NCBI GenBank assembly: GCA_019352075.1
Contig: JABBOA010000001.1
Span: 5,827-69,826 of the forward strand
Origin: Acidobacteriota bacterium
GTDB lineage: Bacteria; Actinomycetota; Acidimicrobiia; Acidimicrobiales; RAAP-2
Reading direction: 5' to 3'
DNA: 64,000 bases
In this document: in pieces, positions 55,517 through 64,000 of the stretch
How the letters are laid out: each line of letters starts with the position of its first letter
How positions within the stretch are numbered: position 1 is the stretch's first letter
The notes under the pieces: model-generated
Databases searched by the model: none
What the model was told of the DNA's origin: nothing
What the model saw: the letters and a program-made list of their open reading frames with translations, nothing else
Translations under genes and position numbers: made by a program

Positions 55517-56263
55517 ATGATCGACCACGAACAACTCACCAGCGCCACGTCCGTACTCGATCTGCGGGTGGCGCACTCGGAGAGTCGTCCCCTGGCGAAT
55601 CACGTTTTGATCCTGGTGCACGGGCTGCCGCGCGCCATGGGCATGGGACGCCAGGCGGCCGGATTGCTGCCCGAACTCGCCGAACACTTGTCGAACGAGT
55701 CGGGTTGGCTGGTGGCGACGGGCACCCTGTCGGGCGTGGGTTCGAGTACGGGGACTTTCTCGGCCACCAAGTGGAAGTCCGACCTGGCGATGATCATCGA
55801 ACGCGTCGCCGAGGGTGAGCCGCGTATCTCACTCGCCGGCTTCGGTTTCGGCGGTTCGCTCGCCCTCAACATCGCCGCCACCGATGACCGCATCCGCGGC
55901 GTCGCCACCTTCGCCTCGCCGGCGGACCTGAACGCGTGGTGCGGGGACGCGGAGGAATTCCACCGGTCCGTCCAGGTGGCCGGCGTGGTCGGCGACCCGA
56001 CCGAGTTGCTCGACCCGGCGGCGCTGCGTGCCGACGTGATCGCCGTCGACCCCGTGGGTTCGATCGCGACCATTCCGCCGCGCCGCCTCCTGATCGGGCA
56101 CGGGTCCGACGACATGGAAGTACCCGTCGGCGACGCGCGACTGCTCGTCAGCGGCGCCGAAGGTCGCGCCGAGTTGCGCATCATCCAGGGCGCGGGGCAT
56201 CAGTTGCGCGCCGACCCGCGGATGGTGGCCACGCTACTGGGGTGGCTGGATCGCCACCGTTAA
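55517..56263 (+). CDS. Alpha/beta hydrolase family protein
   Basis: LILVHGLP and nucleophile-elbow-like LAGFGFGGSLAL. C-terminal His region GAGHQL. 248 aa. Confidence 0.75.
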   Translation: MIDHEQLTSATSVLDLRVAHSESRPLANHVLILVHGLPRAMGMGRQAAGLLPELAEHLSNESGWLVATGTLSGVGSSTGTFSATKWKSDLAMIIERVAEGEPRISLAGFGFGGSLALNIAATDDRIRGVATFASPADLNAWCGDAEEFHRSVQVAGVVGDPTELLDPAALRADVIAVDPVGSIATIPPRRLLIGHGSDDMEVPVGDARLLVSGAEGRAELRIIQGAGHQLRADPRMVATLLGWLDRHR

Positions 56264-56446
56264 CAGCGCGCCGCCGCCACGCCGCCACGTCGCCGTTCAC
56301 GCGCCGCACATCGGGTCCTCGCGAACGCCCCCGCACGACGAGAGCGCCAGAGTTCGGTTCGAACACGGGGGCAAGGCCTCGGGCCGTCGCGGCCCCGAGG
56401 GTCGACGTATCCGTGGACGCGGTCCCCGGTAGGGCAGAATGGAGGG

Positions 56447-56905
56447 ATGCAAATACCCGCCAAGGCCGAGTACGCCATTCGCGCGTTGCTCACCCTGGCG
56501 GCGAACCCGCACTCGGTGAGTGCCGAGCACCTCGCCCAGGAGCAGGAACTGCCCTCGAAGTTCCTCGGTGCCATCATGTCGGACTTGCGACGGGGGGGTC
56601 TGGTGACGAGCCAGCGCGGCCCCGAGGGGGGCTTTCGTCTCGCGCGTGACGCCGACGAGATCATGATCGCCGATATCCTGCGCGTCGTCTCAGGACCCAT
56701 GGCGGGCGTGCGCGGCATGCGACCCGAGACGTTGCACTACGAGGGCGAGGCGACCCACCTGCGCGACGTGTGGGTGGCGGTGCGCGCCGCGTTGCGCGAG
56801 GTGCTCGAGCACGTGACCTTGGGCGAGGTGTTGCGCGGTGACCTGCCCGAAGCGGTCACGCGCTTCACCGACGACGCCGACGCGTGGATCACCCGGCACC
56901 CGTGA
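56447..56905 (+). CDS. Rrf2-family transcriptional regulator (no cysteines)
   Basis: MQIPAKAEYAIRALLTLA... wHTH with GLVTSQRGPEGGFRLAR. 152 aa. ATG is preceded by GGAGGG. Confidence 0.88.
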   Translation: MQIPAKAEYAIRALLTLAANPHSVSAEHLAQEQELPSKFLGAIMSDLRRGGLVTSQRGPEGGFRLARDADEIMIADILRVVSGPMAGVRGMRPETLHYEGEATHLRDVWVAVRAALREVLEHVTLGEVLRGDLPEAVTRFTDDADAWITRHP

Positions 56906-57345
56906 AGCGCATCCACACCGATGGATCGTGTCGCGGGAACCCGGGGCCCGGCGGGTGGGCCTGGGCCTCGGGCCGCGACGACTACGCCAGCGGCGCCGAC
57001 GCGCGCACGACGAATCAGCGCATGGAGGTCATCGCGGTGATCGAAGCCCTGCGCGCCAACCCCGAGGGCACCGTGGAGATCGTGAGCGACTCGACCTACG
57101 TCGTGAAATGTTTTCACGACCGGTGGCACGCCGGTTGGTTGCGGCGCGGGTGGAAGAACTCCCAGGGCCAACCCGTCGCCAATCGAGACCTCTGGGAGGT
57201 GCTGATCCCCCTCGTGCTCGACGTCGAGCGCGAGGTGCACTTCTCCTGGGTCAAGGGTCACTCGGGCGACGTGATGAATGATTTCGTCGACGCCCTTGCC
57301 ACCGAAGCCGCCGATCGCCAACGGGGGCGCTCGAGCCGCGACTGA
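56902..57345 (+). CDS. rnhA: Ribonuclease HI
   Basis: IHTDGSCRGNPGPGGWAW, TNQRMEVIAVIEAL, SDSTYV, WVKGHSG and NDFVDALA motifs. GTG 56902 overlaps the Rrf2 stop (GTGA). Confidence 0.88.
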   Translation: MKRIHTDGSCRGNPGPGGWAWASGRDDYASGADARTTNQRMEVIAVIEALRANPEGTVEIVSDSTYVVKCFHDRWHAGWLRRGWKNSQGQPVANRDLWEVLIPLVLDVEREVHFSWVKGHSGDVMNDFVDALATEAADRQRGRSSRD

Positions 57346-57416
57346 GGGTTTTCGGGGTCGCGGGGAATCATTAGGATTGCGCGGGGGACAACACCGACTC
57401 TTTGAAGGGAATTACC

Positions 57417-58832
57417 GTGGCTAACGAGGTCCAGAAGTTCGATGTCGTCATTGTCGGAGGAGGACCCGGTGGATACGCCGCCGCACTCTACGGAGCCGCT
57501 GGCGGACTCAATATCGCCCTCATCGAGCGCGACAAGGTTGGTGGGACTTGCCTGCACCGCGGCTGCGTGCCCGCCAAGGAGTTCCTGGAGACGGCTCACG
57601 TTCGCCGTACCCTCGAGCACTCCGCGGCCTTCGGTATCACCGCCACGAGCGTGGACGTCGACTTCGCGGTGTCGCAGTCGCGAAAGAACGAAATCGTCGA
57701 GCGTCTGCACAAGGGATTGTCGGGTCTCTTGAAGGGCCGCAAGGTCACGATCTTTGAGGGTACCGGACGACTCGACGCCAACGAGACCGTGACCATCGTC
57801 GACGGTGCCGACGCCGGCGTGGTGGCCCAGGGCACCAACGTCATCGTGGCGGCCGGTTCGGTCCCGCGCACGATCCCCGGCTTCGACGTGGATGGCACGT
57901 TCGTGCTGACCTCGGACGAGTTCCTCAACCTGACGTCGCTGCCCGCTAGCGCCGCCGTCATCGGCGGCGGCGCGATCGGTTGTGAGTTCGCGTCGATGCT
58001 GGCCGACATGGGAACCAAGGTCACCATCCTCGAGGGCCTGCCCTCGATCCTCGCCGGCTGCGACGCTGAGGTGGCCACCGTGGTGCAGCGCGCGTTCAAG
58101 AAGCGCGGCATCGAGATCCTCACCGGCGTCACCATCACCGGTCATACGCCGGCCAAGAAGGGGACCGCGGTCCACGTGGACGGTGCGCCGGACGTGAACG
58201 TCGACATGGTCGTCGTCTCGGTGGGGCGCAGTCCGCGCACTCAGGGTCTCCTGGGCGAGGGCACCGGCGTCGAGATCAACGAGCGTGGTTTTGTGGTGGC
58301 CGACGGCTACATGCGCACCGCGAATCCCCACGTCTTCGCCCTGGGCGACGTCGTGGCCGGCACGCCGCAACTCGCGCACGTGGCGTTCGCCGAGGCGGTC
58401 GTCACGATCAAGACGATTCTGGGCGAAGCGGTCGTGCCGGTGGACTACGACCGCGTGCCGTGGGCGATCTACTCCAACCCCGAAGTGGCCTTCTGTGGCC
58501 TCACCGAAGCGGCGGCCAAGGAGCGCGGCTACGACGTGGTGGTCAAGAAGGACCCCTTCGGCGGCAACAGCCGGGCCCAGATCATCGGCGACACCGACGG
58601 CGTCGTCAAGATCATCGCCGAGAAGCGCGCCGACGGCACCGCCGGTCAGATCCTCGGCGTGCACATGGCGGGCCCCTGGGTCACCGAGCAGTTGGGCGCG
58701 GGCTACTACGCGGTGAACTGGGAGGCGACGGCCGAGGAGGCCGCGGCGTTGATCCAGCCGCACCCGTCGCTCTCGGAGACCTTCGGTGAGACCCTGCTCG
58801 CCCTGGCTGGTCGAGGCATCCACGTTGGCTGA
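57417..58832 (+). CDS. lpdA: Dihydrolipoyl dehydrogenase (E3)
   Basis: FDVVIVGGGPGGY, redox centre GGTCLHRGCVPAK, second Rossmann motif VIGGGAIGCEFA and C-terminal HPSLSE. GTG 57417 is preceded by GAAGGGA. Confidence 0.92.
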   Translation: MANEVQKFDVVIVGGGPGGYAAALYGAAGGLNIALIERDKVGGTCLHRGCVPAKEFLETAHVRRTLEHSAAFGITATSVDVDFAVSQSRKNEIVERLHKGLSGLLKGRKVTIFEGTGRLDANETVTIVDGADAGVVAQGTNVIVAAGSVPRTIPGFDVDGTFVLTSDEFLNLTSLPASAAVIGGGAIGCEFASMLADMGTKVTILEGLPSILAGCDAEVATVVQRAFKKRGIEILTGVTITGHTPAKKGTAVHVDGAPDVNVDMVVVSVGRSPRTQGLLGEGTGVEINERGFVVADGYMRTANPHVFALGDVVAGTPQLAHVAFAEAVVTIKTILGEAVVPVDYDRVPWAIYSNPEVAFCGLTEAAAKERGYDVVVKKDPFGGNSRAQIIGDTDGVVKIIAEKRADGTAGQILGVHMAGPWVTEQLGAGYYAVNWEATAEEAAALIQPHPSLSETFGETLLALAGRGIHVG

Positions 58833-60015
58833 CGTCACCCTCCCGTCGCTCGGTGAGTCGGTCACCGAAGGAATCATCACGCAATGGTTCAAGAAGGTGG
58901 GCGACGCCGTCGCGCGCGACGAGCCACTTTTCGAGGTCTCCACCGACAAGGTGGACTCCGAGATGCCCTCACCGGCCGCGGGTGTGCTCACCCAGATCCT
59001 CGCCGAAGAGGGTGACACGGTCCAGACGGGGGCCCGCGTCGCCGTGATTGACGAGGGTGCGGCGCCGTCGTCGACCCCGATCTCGGTCGCGACCCCCGTC
59101 ACCACCGCGGGGCCCGCGACCCCGACCTCCGCGACGCCGGCGCCGAGCGCCTCGGCCCAGGGGGACGCGCGCGGCGCCGCGGGCGTCATCGTCTCACCGG
59201 TGGTGCGTCGGATCTTGATGGACGGTGGCGTCGAACCCTCGACCCTGACCGGCTCGGGGCCCGGCGGGGCGATCACTCGTCGTGACGCCGAGCGGGCGGT
59301 CGCCCTCGGGCCGACCGAGGAGGTCGTGGTCGCCCTCTCGCACGGACAGCGTCGGATGGGCCAGCACATGAGCGTCTCGGTGCTCTCGGCCCCCCACGGC
59401 TTCGTGGCCGTCGAGGTCGACGCGCGCGTCTTCGACGACGTCGACGCCGTCGGTCGTGAGAGCGCCGACGGCTTCGCCATCACCGACGAGTCGGTGGTCA
59501 CCGTGGCGGCGGTGCGTGCGTTGGCGGAGTTCGAATCCTTGAACGCGACGTTCAGTGACGACCAATTGACGGTGCACCGCACGATCTCGGTGGGACTCAC
59601 GCGCCACGTCGCCGACGGCGGCATGCTGGTCCCCGTGGTGCACGCCGCCGCCGGACTGACCCTGCGGGCCCTCGCGCGACGCAGCGCCGAGCTCGACGAG
59701 CGCCTCGCCTCACGCCAACTCAACGCCGATGACCTCATGGGCGGCACCTTCAGCGTGGCGTCGGCCCCGACACCGCACACCCTGTGGAGCGTGCCCATCA
59801 TCATCCAGCCCCAGGTGGCGGTCCTGAGCATCGGCGCGGTGCGTCGAGCGCCCGTCGTCGCGTCGCGTGACGGGGCGAACGTGCTCGAGGTGGGGCGTCG
59901 AGTGATCCTCGGACTCTCCTTCGACCATCGGGTCTGCGACGCGGCGCTGGCCGCTCGCTACCTCGAGCGCGTCGGCGAGTTGTTGGCCGGCCTCGACGTG
60001 GCCAGCGAGAGATAG
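58825..60015 (+). CDS. Dihydrolipoamide acyltransferase E2 component (DlaT/SucB-like)
   Basis: Lipoyl domain LPSLGESVTEGIITQWFKKVGD...EVSTDKVDSEMPSP, an Ala/Pro/Thr linker, subunit-binding VSPVVRRIL...GSGPGGAITRRD and catalytic SFDHRVCDAA. TTG 58825 is the inferred start. Confidence 0.88.
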   Translation: MADVTLPSLGESVTEGIITQWFKKVGDAVARDEPLFEVSTDKVDSEMPSPAAGVLTQILAEEGDTVQTGARVAVIDEGAAPSSTPISVATPVTTAGPATPTSATPAPSASAQGDARGAAGVIVSPVVRRILMDGGVEPSTLTGSGPGGAITRRDAERAVALGPTEEVVVALSHGQRRMGQHMSVSVLSAPHGFVAVEVDARVFDDVDAVGRESADGFAITDESVVTVAAVRALAEFESLNATFSDDQLTVHRTISVGLTRHVADGGMLVPVVHAAAGLTLRALARRSAELDERLASRQLNADDLMGGTFSVASAPTPHTLWSVPIIIQPQVAVLSIGAVRRAPVVASRDGANVLEVGRRVILGLSFDHRVCDAALAARYLERVGELLAGLDVASER

Positions 60016-61640
60016 TGCTGCGCCGCCGTCACCTAGGGCGCGTGTCGTTCGCCGAGGCCGACGACCTCCAGCGCGCGCTGCTCGAGGCCACGGACGACTA
60101 CGTCCTGCTCTTCGAACACCCGCCCACCTACACCCGCGGCATCCGCGCCCGCGAGGAGCACTTCCTCGTGGCGGCGGATTCGTTGAACGCGGACGTGGTC
60201 AGTACCGATCGCGGTGGTGACGTGACCTACCACGCGCCCGGACAGGCCGTCGGGTGGGCGATCGTCACCGTGAGGGACGATCCCGCGGCGGGCCGGCTCC
60301 ACGTCACCGCCCTCGAAGAGGCGGTGATCGCCACGGTGCGCAGTTTCGACCCCGAAGGACGCCTCGGCGAGATCGGACGCTTGAAGGGGTACCCCGGTGT
60401 CTGGGCCCGTCTCGACAGCCGCCCCCACAAGATCGCCGCGGTGGGCGTGCGCACCCGGCGCAATCGTCGCGGTGAACGTCGCACCCTGCACGGCGTGGCG
60501 CTCAACGTCGACATCGACCTGGCGGGTTTCGCGGCCATCGTCCCCTGCGGCATCGTGGACAAGCCGGTGGGTTCGATGAAGTCCCTGGGTCTCGACGTCG
60601 GGGAGGCCGAGGTGGAGGAGCGCCTCGGTCAGGAGTTGGCCGCGCGTCTGGGGTCCGAGCAGCGTGTCGCGCGCGTGGACCGGTCGGCGGCGAGCACGTC
60701 CGACGAGCGGCCGTTGATCCGGCGACTGCGCAAGGCCGGCGTCAACCCTGACGAGGCGCTGTCGATCAACTCGCGCAAGCCCGACTGGCTGCGCATCGAG
60801 GCGCACATGGGCCAGGAGTACCAGTCGCTGCGCACCTTGACCGAGGACCTACGCCTGGTGACGGTGTGCGAGGAAGCGGGCTGCCCCAACATCTTCGAGT
60901 GCTGGGAGAGTGGAACGGCGACGTTCATGGTCAACGGCGAGCGCTGCACCCGCGCCTGCGGGTTCTGCCTGATCGACACCCGCAAGCCCCTGGCCCTGGA
61001 CCCCACGGAACCCTCACGGGTGGCCGAAGCCGTCGTGCGACTCGGCCTCAGCCACGCCGTCGTGACCTGCGTCGCGCGCGACGACCTCGACGATGGCGGG
61101 GCCGGCGCGATCGCCGACACCATCCGTGCGATCCGCGAACGTTCGCCCGAGACCAACATCGAAGTCCTCATCAGCGACCTCAAGGGCGACCCGGCCGCGC
61201 TACAACTCATCATCGACGCGCGCCCCGACGTGATGAACCACAACATGGAGACGGTGGCGCGCCTGCAGCGCGCGGTGCGCCCGAGCGCGGCCTATCATCG
61301 CTCGCTCACCGTACTGGCTCGTTCCGTGGCGGCCGGACTGACCACCAAGTCGGGCATGATGGTCGGTCTGGGCGAGACGGCCGACGAGGTCGAAGAGGTG
61401 CTGGTCGACCTGGCCTCGGTGGGGGTGTCGATCGCCACCATCGGCCAATACCTGCGACCCACCGCCCAGCATCTACCGGTCGCACGCTACTGGGAACCGG
61501 CGGAGTTCGACGACCTGGCGCGACGCGGACAGCGAGCGGGTCTGGCCCACGTCCAGGCCTCGCCCCTGACGAGGTCGAGCTACCACGCTCGCGAGGCGCT
61601 GAGTGACGCGACGCCCCTGGCCCTTCCGACGCGGCGATAG
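60015..61640 (+). CDS. lipB-lipA: Fused octanoyltransferase LipB / lipoyl synthase LipA (single 541-codon ORF)
   Basis: N-terminal part has LipB motifs (TDRGGDVTYHAPGQ, HKIAAVG, HGVALNV, IVPCGI). C-terminal part has LipA motifs (RKPDWLR, CEEAGCPNIFEC, radical-SAM CTRACGFC, SGMMVGLGET). No stop lies between them. Confidence 0.88.
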   Translation: MLRRRHLGRVSFAEADDLQRALLEATDDYVLLFEHPPTYTRGIRAREEHFLVAADSLNADVVSTDRGGDVTYHAPGQAVGWAIVTVRDDPAAGRLHVTALEEAVIATVRSFDPEGRLGEIGRLKGYPGVWARLDSRPHKIAAVGVRTRRNRRGERRTLHGVALNVDIDLAGFAAIVPCGIVDKPVGSMKSLGLDVGEAEVEERLGQELAARLGSEQRVARVDRSAASTSDERPLIRRLRKAGVNPDEALSINSRKPDWLRIEAHMGQEYQSLRTLTEDLRLVTVCEEAGCPNIFECWESGTATFMVNGERCTRACGFCLIDTRKPLALDPTEPSRVAEAVVRLGLSHAVVTCVARDDLDDGGAGAIADTIRAIRERSPETNIEVLISDLKGDPAALQLIIDARPDVMNHNMETVARLQRAVRPSAAYHRSLTVLARSVAAGLTTKSGMMVGLGETADEVEEVLVDLASVGVSIATIGQYLRPTAQHLPVARYWEPAEFDDLARRGQRAGLAHVQASPLTRSSYHAREALSDATPLALPTRR

Positions 61641-61733
61641 GCGTGGCGCCGGTGCCCGGTTCACCCTCAGCACTCGTCGCGTCGCCGGCGCAGAATCGGG
61701 TGGCCCCCACCGAGCCGGCGGGGTCGCGTCGCG

Positions 61734-62183
61734 GTGAGTGAAACCTTCGACACGAAGGTCCGCGGCGACTACCTCCTCACCGCCGACGCGCGGCGACTCT
61801 CGACCGACGTCATCCACGGATGGTTGTCGCGCGAGGCGTACTGGGCGAAGGGACGCAGCCGCGAGGCCGTCGCATCATCCATCGCCCACTCGAACCTCTA
61901 CGGCGTCGTGCACGCCAGTGGCGAGATGGTCGCGTGCGCCCGGATGCTCACCGATCACGTGACCTTCGGTTGGATCGACGACGTCTTCGTCGCCGAGGCG
62001 CATCGCGGTCAGGGCCTGGGCACCTGGATGGTGGGCGAGATCGTGGAGCACTGGTCCGCGAGGGGCCTGCGTCGGATCATGCTCGCCACGCGCGACGCCC
62101 ACGCCGTCTACGCCGCGGTGGGTTTCCGCGCGCTCGCGCACCCCGAACGCATGATGGAGATCGACCGGCGCGCCGCCTTTTGA
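61734..62183 (+). CDS. GNAT family N-acetyltransferase
   Basis: FVAEAHRGQGLGTWMV (acetyl-CoA-binding Q/RxxGxG/A) motif. 149 aa. GTG start. Confidence 0.82.
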   Translation: MSETFDTKVRGDYLLTADARRLSTDVIHGWLSREAYWAKGRSREAVASSIAHSNLYGVVHASGEMVACARMLTDHVTFGWIDDVFVAEAHRGQGLGTWMVGEIVEHWSARGLRRIMLATRDAHAVYAAVGFRALAHPERMMEIDRRAAF

Positions 62184-62191
62184 GGAGTGGC

Positions 62192-64000
62192 TCAGGCGAC
62201 GAAGTACTTGGCCATCGGGTGATGACAGATGATCGCGTCGGTGGTCTGCTCGGGGTGCAATTGGAAACCCTCGGAGACTTCGACGCCGATGCGACTGGCC
62301 TCGAGTAGATCGGCCACTTTCGCGTTGTCGGTGAGGTCCGGACAGGCGGGGTAGCCCCACGAATACCTTCCGCCACGGTACTGCTGGCGGAACAGGCCGA
62401 AGAGCGAGGGGCCGTCCTCGTTCTGGTAGCCGAGCTCCTCGCGGATGCGCTGATGCCATAGTTCGGCGAGCGCCTCGGCCATCTCCACGCCCAGGCCGTG
62501 CAGCAACAGGTAGTCGCTGTAGCGGTTCTCGGCGAAGAGCTCGGCGCAGCGCTGTGACACGCGTGATCCCATCGTGACCAGCATGAAGCTGGCGTAGTCC
62601 TTGTCCTCACTGCTCACCGGGCGAAAGAAGTCGGCGATACAGAGGTACGGCGCCACGTGCTGGCGGGGGAAGTGGAAACGGGTCTGCTCGCTGCGACGGG
62701 TGTCGTCGGTGTAGACGATGAGGTCCCCACCCTCGGACGCGACGGGGAAGTGTCCCCACACGACCTGGGGAGTGAGCAAGCCCTCGGCCTTGGCGATCGC
62801 GAGCTGCTCGCGCAGGTTCGCGCCGACGCGTTCCTTGAAGGCCGGGTCGTCCTCGCCGTCCTCGGGTCGAAAGCCCCACTGGTTGCGAAACAGCGCGGTG
62901 AGGTTGAGGTACTCACTGATCTCGTCGACGGACATCCCCTTGGCCACGCGGCTGCCCAGGAACGGCGGGGGGAACAGCGGATTGTCGCTCTCGACGTCGG
63001 GACTGCGCGTCGGCAGGTCGTCGGGCGCCTCACCCTGCTCACCGCGGATCTTGCGGTGCACGTTCTTCTCGGAGATCTCGCGACCGAAGAGCGGGTCGTC
63101 CTCGCCGGTCTTGCGGATCTCACCGAGTCGGTCGAGGACGCGCAGTCCCTCGAAGGCGTCCTTGCCGTAGAAGACCCGACCCTCATAGGTCTCGCGAAGG
63201 TCGCGCTCGACGTAGGTACGCGTGAGGGCGGCACCGCCCAGGAGCACCGGGACGTTGGACATCCCGCGTTCGTTCATCAGCTCGAGGTTCTCGCGCATGA
63301 TGAGCGTGGACTTGACCAGCAGTCCGCTCATTCCCAGCGCGTCGGCGTGATTCTCCTCGACCGCGGTGAGCATCTCGTTGATGCCGACCTTGATGCCGAG
63401 GTTGACCACCTCGTACCCGTTGTTGGTCAAGATGATGTCGACGAGGTTCTTGCCAATGTCGTGCACGTCACCCTTGACCGTCGCGAGGACCACCTTGCCA
63501 CGCCCCCCCTGGTCACTCTTTTCCATGAAGGGCTCGAGGTGGGCGACCGCGCTCTTCATGGTCTCGGCCGATTGCAGCACGAACGGCAGTTGCATCTCTC
63601 CACTGGCGAAGAGCGTGCCGACCTCGCGCATGCCCTCGAGCAGGACGTCATTGACGATGCTCAGCGGGGCGAGGCCCCGGGCCATCGCCTGGTCGAGGTC
63701 GCCCTCGAGTCCCACGCGCACTCCGTCGATGATGCGTCGGCGTAGTCGTTCCTCGAGGGGGAGGTCGTCGATGGAGGCGGCGTTGTTGCTCGAGATGGTG
63801 GCACCCTCGAAGAGCCGCAGCAATTCACTCAACGGGTCGTAGTCCTCGCGACGTCGGTCGTAGATCAGGTCGAGACAGACGCGCCGCGCCTCCTCGTCGA
63901 CGCGCGCGAGGGGCAGGATCTTGGACGCGTGCACGATGGCGGCGTCGAGGCCGGCGTCGGCGCACTCGTGCAGGAAGACGCTGTTGAGCACTTGTCGCGC
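62192..64000 (-). CDS. metH: Cobalamin-dependent methionine synthase, C-terminal part (cap, B12-binding and AdoMet-activation domains); 5' end outside window
   Basis: GKVVLATVKGDVHDIGKNLV (DxHxxG B12 motif), SGLLVKS, then the reactivation domain ...YSWGYPACPD.... The frame stays open to base 64000. Confidence 0.93.
   Translation of the reverse strand, partial: ARQVLNSVFLHECADAGLDAAIVHASKILPLARVDEEARRVCLDLIYDRRREDYDPLSELLRLFEGATISSNNAASIDDLPLEERLRRRIIDGVRVGLEGDLDQAMARGLAPLSIVNDVLLEGMREVGTLFASGEMQLPFVLQSAETMKSAVAHLEPFMEKSDQGGRGKVVLATVKGDVHDIGKNLVDIILTNNGYEVVNLGIKVGINEMLTAVEENHADALGMSGLLVKSTLIMRENLELMNERGMSNVPVLLGGAALTRTYVERDLRETYEGRVFYGKDAFEGLRVLDRLGEIRKTGEDDPLFGREISEKNVHRKIRGEQGEAPDDLPTRSPDVESDNPLFPPPFLGSRVAKGMSVDEISEYLNLTALFRNQWGFRPEDGEDDPAFKERVGANLREQLAIAKAEGLLTPQVVWGHFPVASEGGDLIVYTDDTRRSEQTRFHFPRQHVAPYLCIADFFRPVSSEDKDYASFMLVTMGSRVSQRCAELFAENRYSDYLLLHGLGVEMAEALAELWHQRIREELGYQNEDGPSLFGLFRQQYRGGRYSWGYPACPDLTDNAKVADLLEASRIGVEVSEGFQLHPEQTTDAIICHHPMAKYFVA

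Noticed and set aside
57258-59831. Very long antisense ORFs, for example 857 aa at 57258-59831 (-), 615 aa at 15319-17166 (-), 623 aa at 19141-21012 (+), 407 aa at 17801-19024 (-) and 477 aa at 34869-36302 (-).
   Set aside because: They lie opposite genes with unmistakable family motifs (lpd/E2, ilvB, SDR/serC, ilvC, ilvE). Their translations are Arg/Gly/Pro/Asp-rich and of low complexity. They are the expected stop-poor shadow frames of a high-GC genome.

Overview
High-GC, gene-dense chromosomal core segment of an actinobacterial-type genome. About 65 protein-coding genes can be supported. I recognised no rRNA, tRNA, CRISPR array, transposase or integrase. The gene order iscS-mnmA ... ligA ... 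gatCAB ... ilvBNC ... serA ... leuB/leuCD matches the well-known Mycobacterium neighbourhood Rv2987c-Rv3025c. Main modules: (1) tRNA thiolation and DNA ligase; (2) gatCAB; (3) branched-chain amino-acid biosynthesis (ilvD-like, ilvBNC, leuA, leuCD, leuB, ilvE) plus serine biosynthesis (serC, serA); (4) a split SUF Fe-S assembly locus; (5) lipoate and 2-oxoacid dehydrogenase genes (lpd, E2, lipB-lipA); (6) the 3' part of metH. The following items are not explained by routine annotation. Two leaderless leader-peptide attenuators precede ilvB and leuA. A PASTA Ser/Thr kinase homologue has degenerate catalytic motifs and a perfect 39-bp tandem duplication. lipB and lipA are fused in frame. A 7-TM double PQ-loop (SemiSWEET-like) protein is present. 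The suf locus is split into convergent halves with two SufC paralogues and an uncharacterised Cys4 ORF between sufB and sufD. greA abuts leuC with zero spacing. A roughly 2.7-kb atypical patch (37239-39901) holds two ORF-poor stretches and a 340-aa protein with a PemK/MazF-like C-terminal domain. A GC-rich, repeat-bearing intergenic region lies between an NlpC/P60 gene and a hypothetical gene. All functional calls rest on motif recognition by eye and on gene context. No database search was run.
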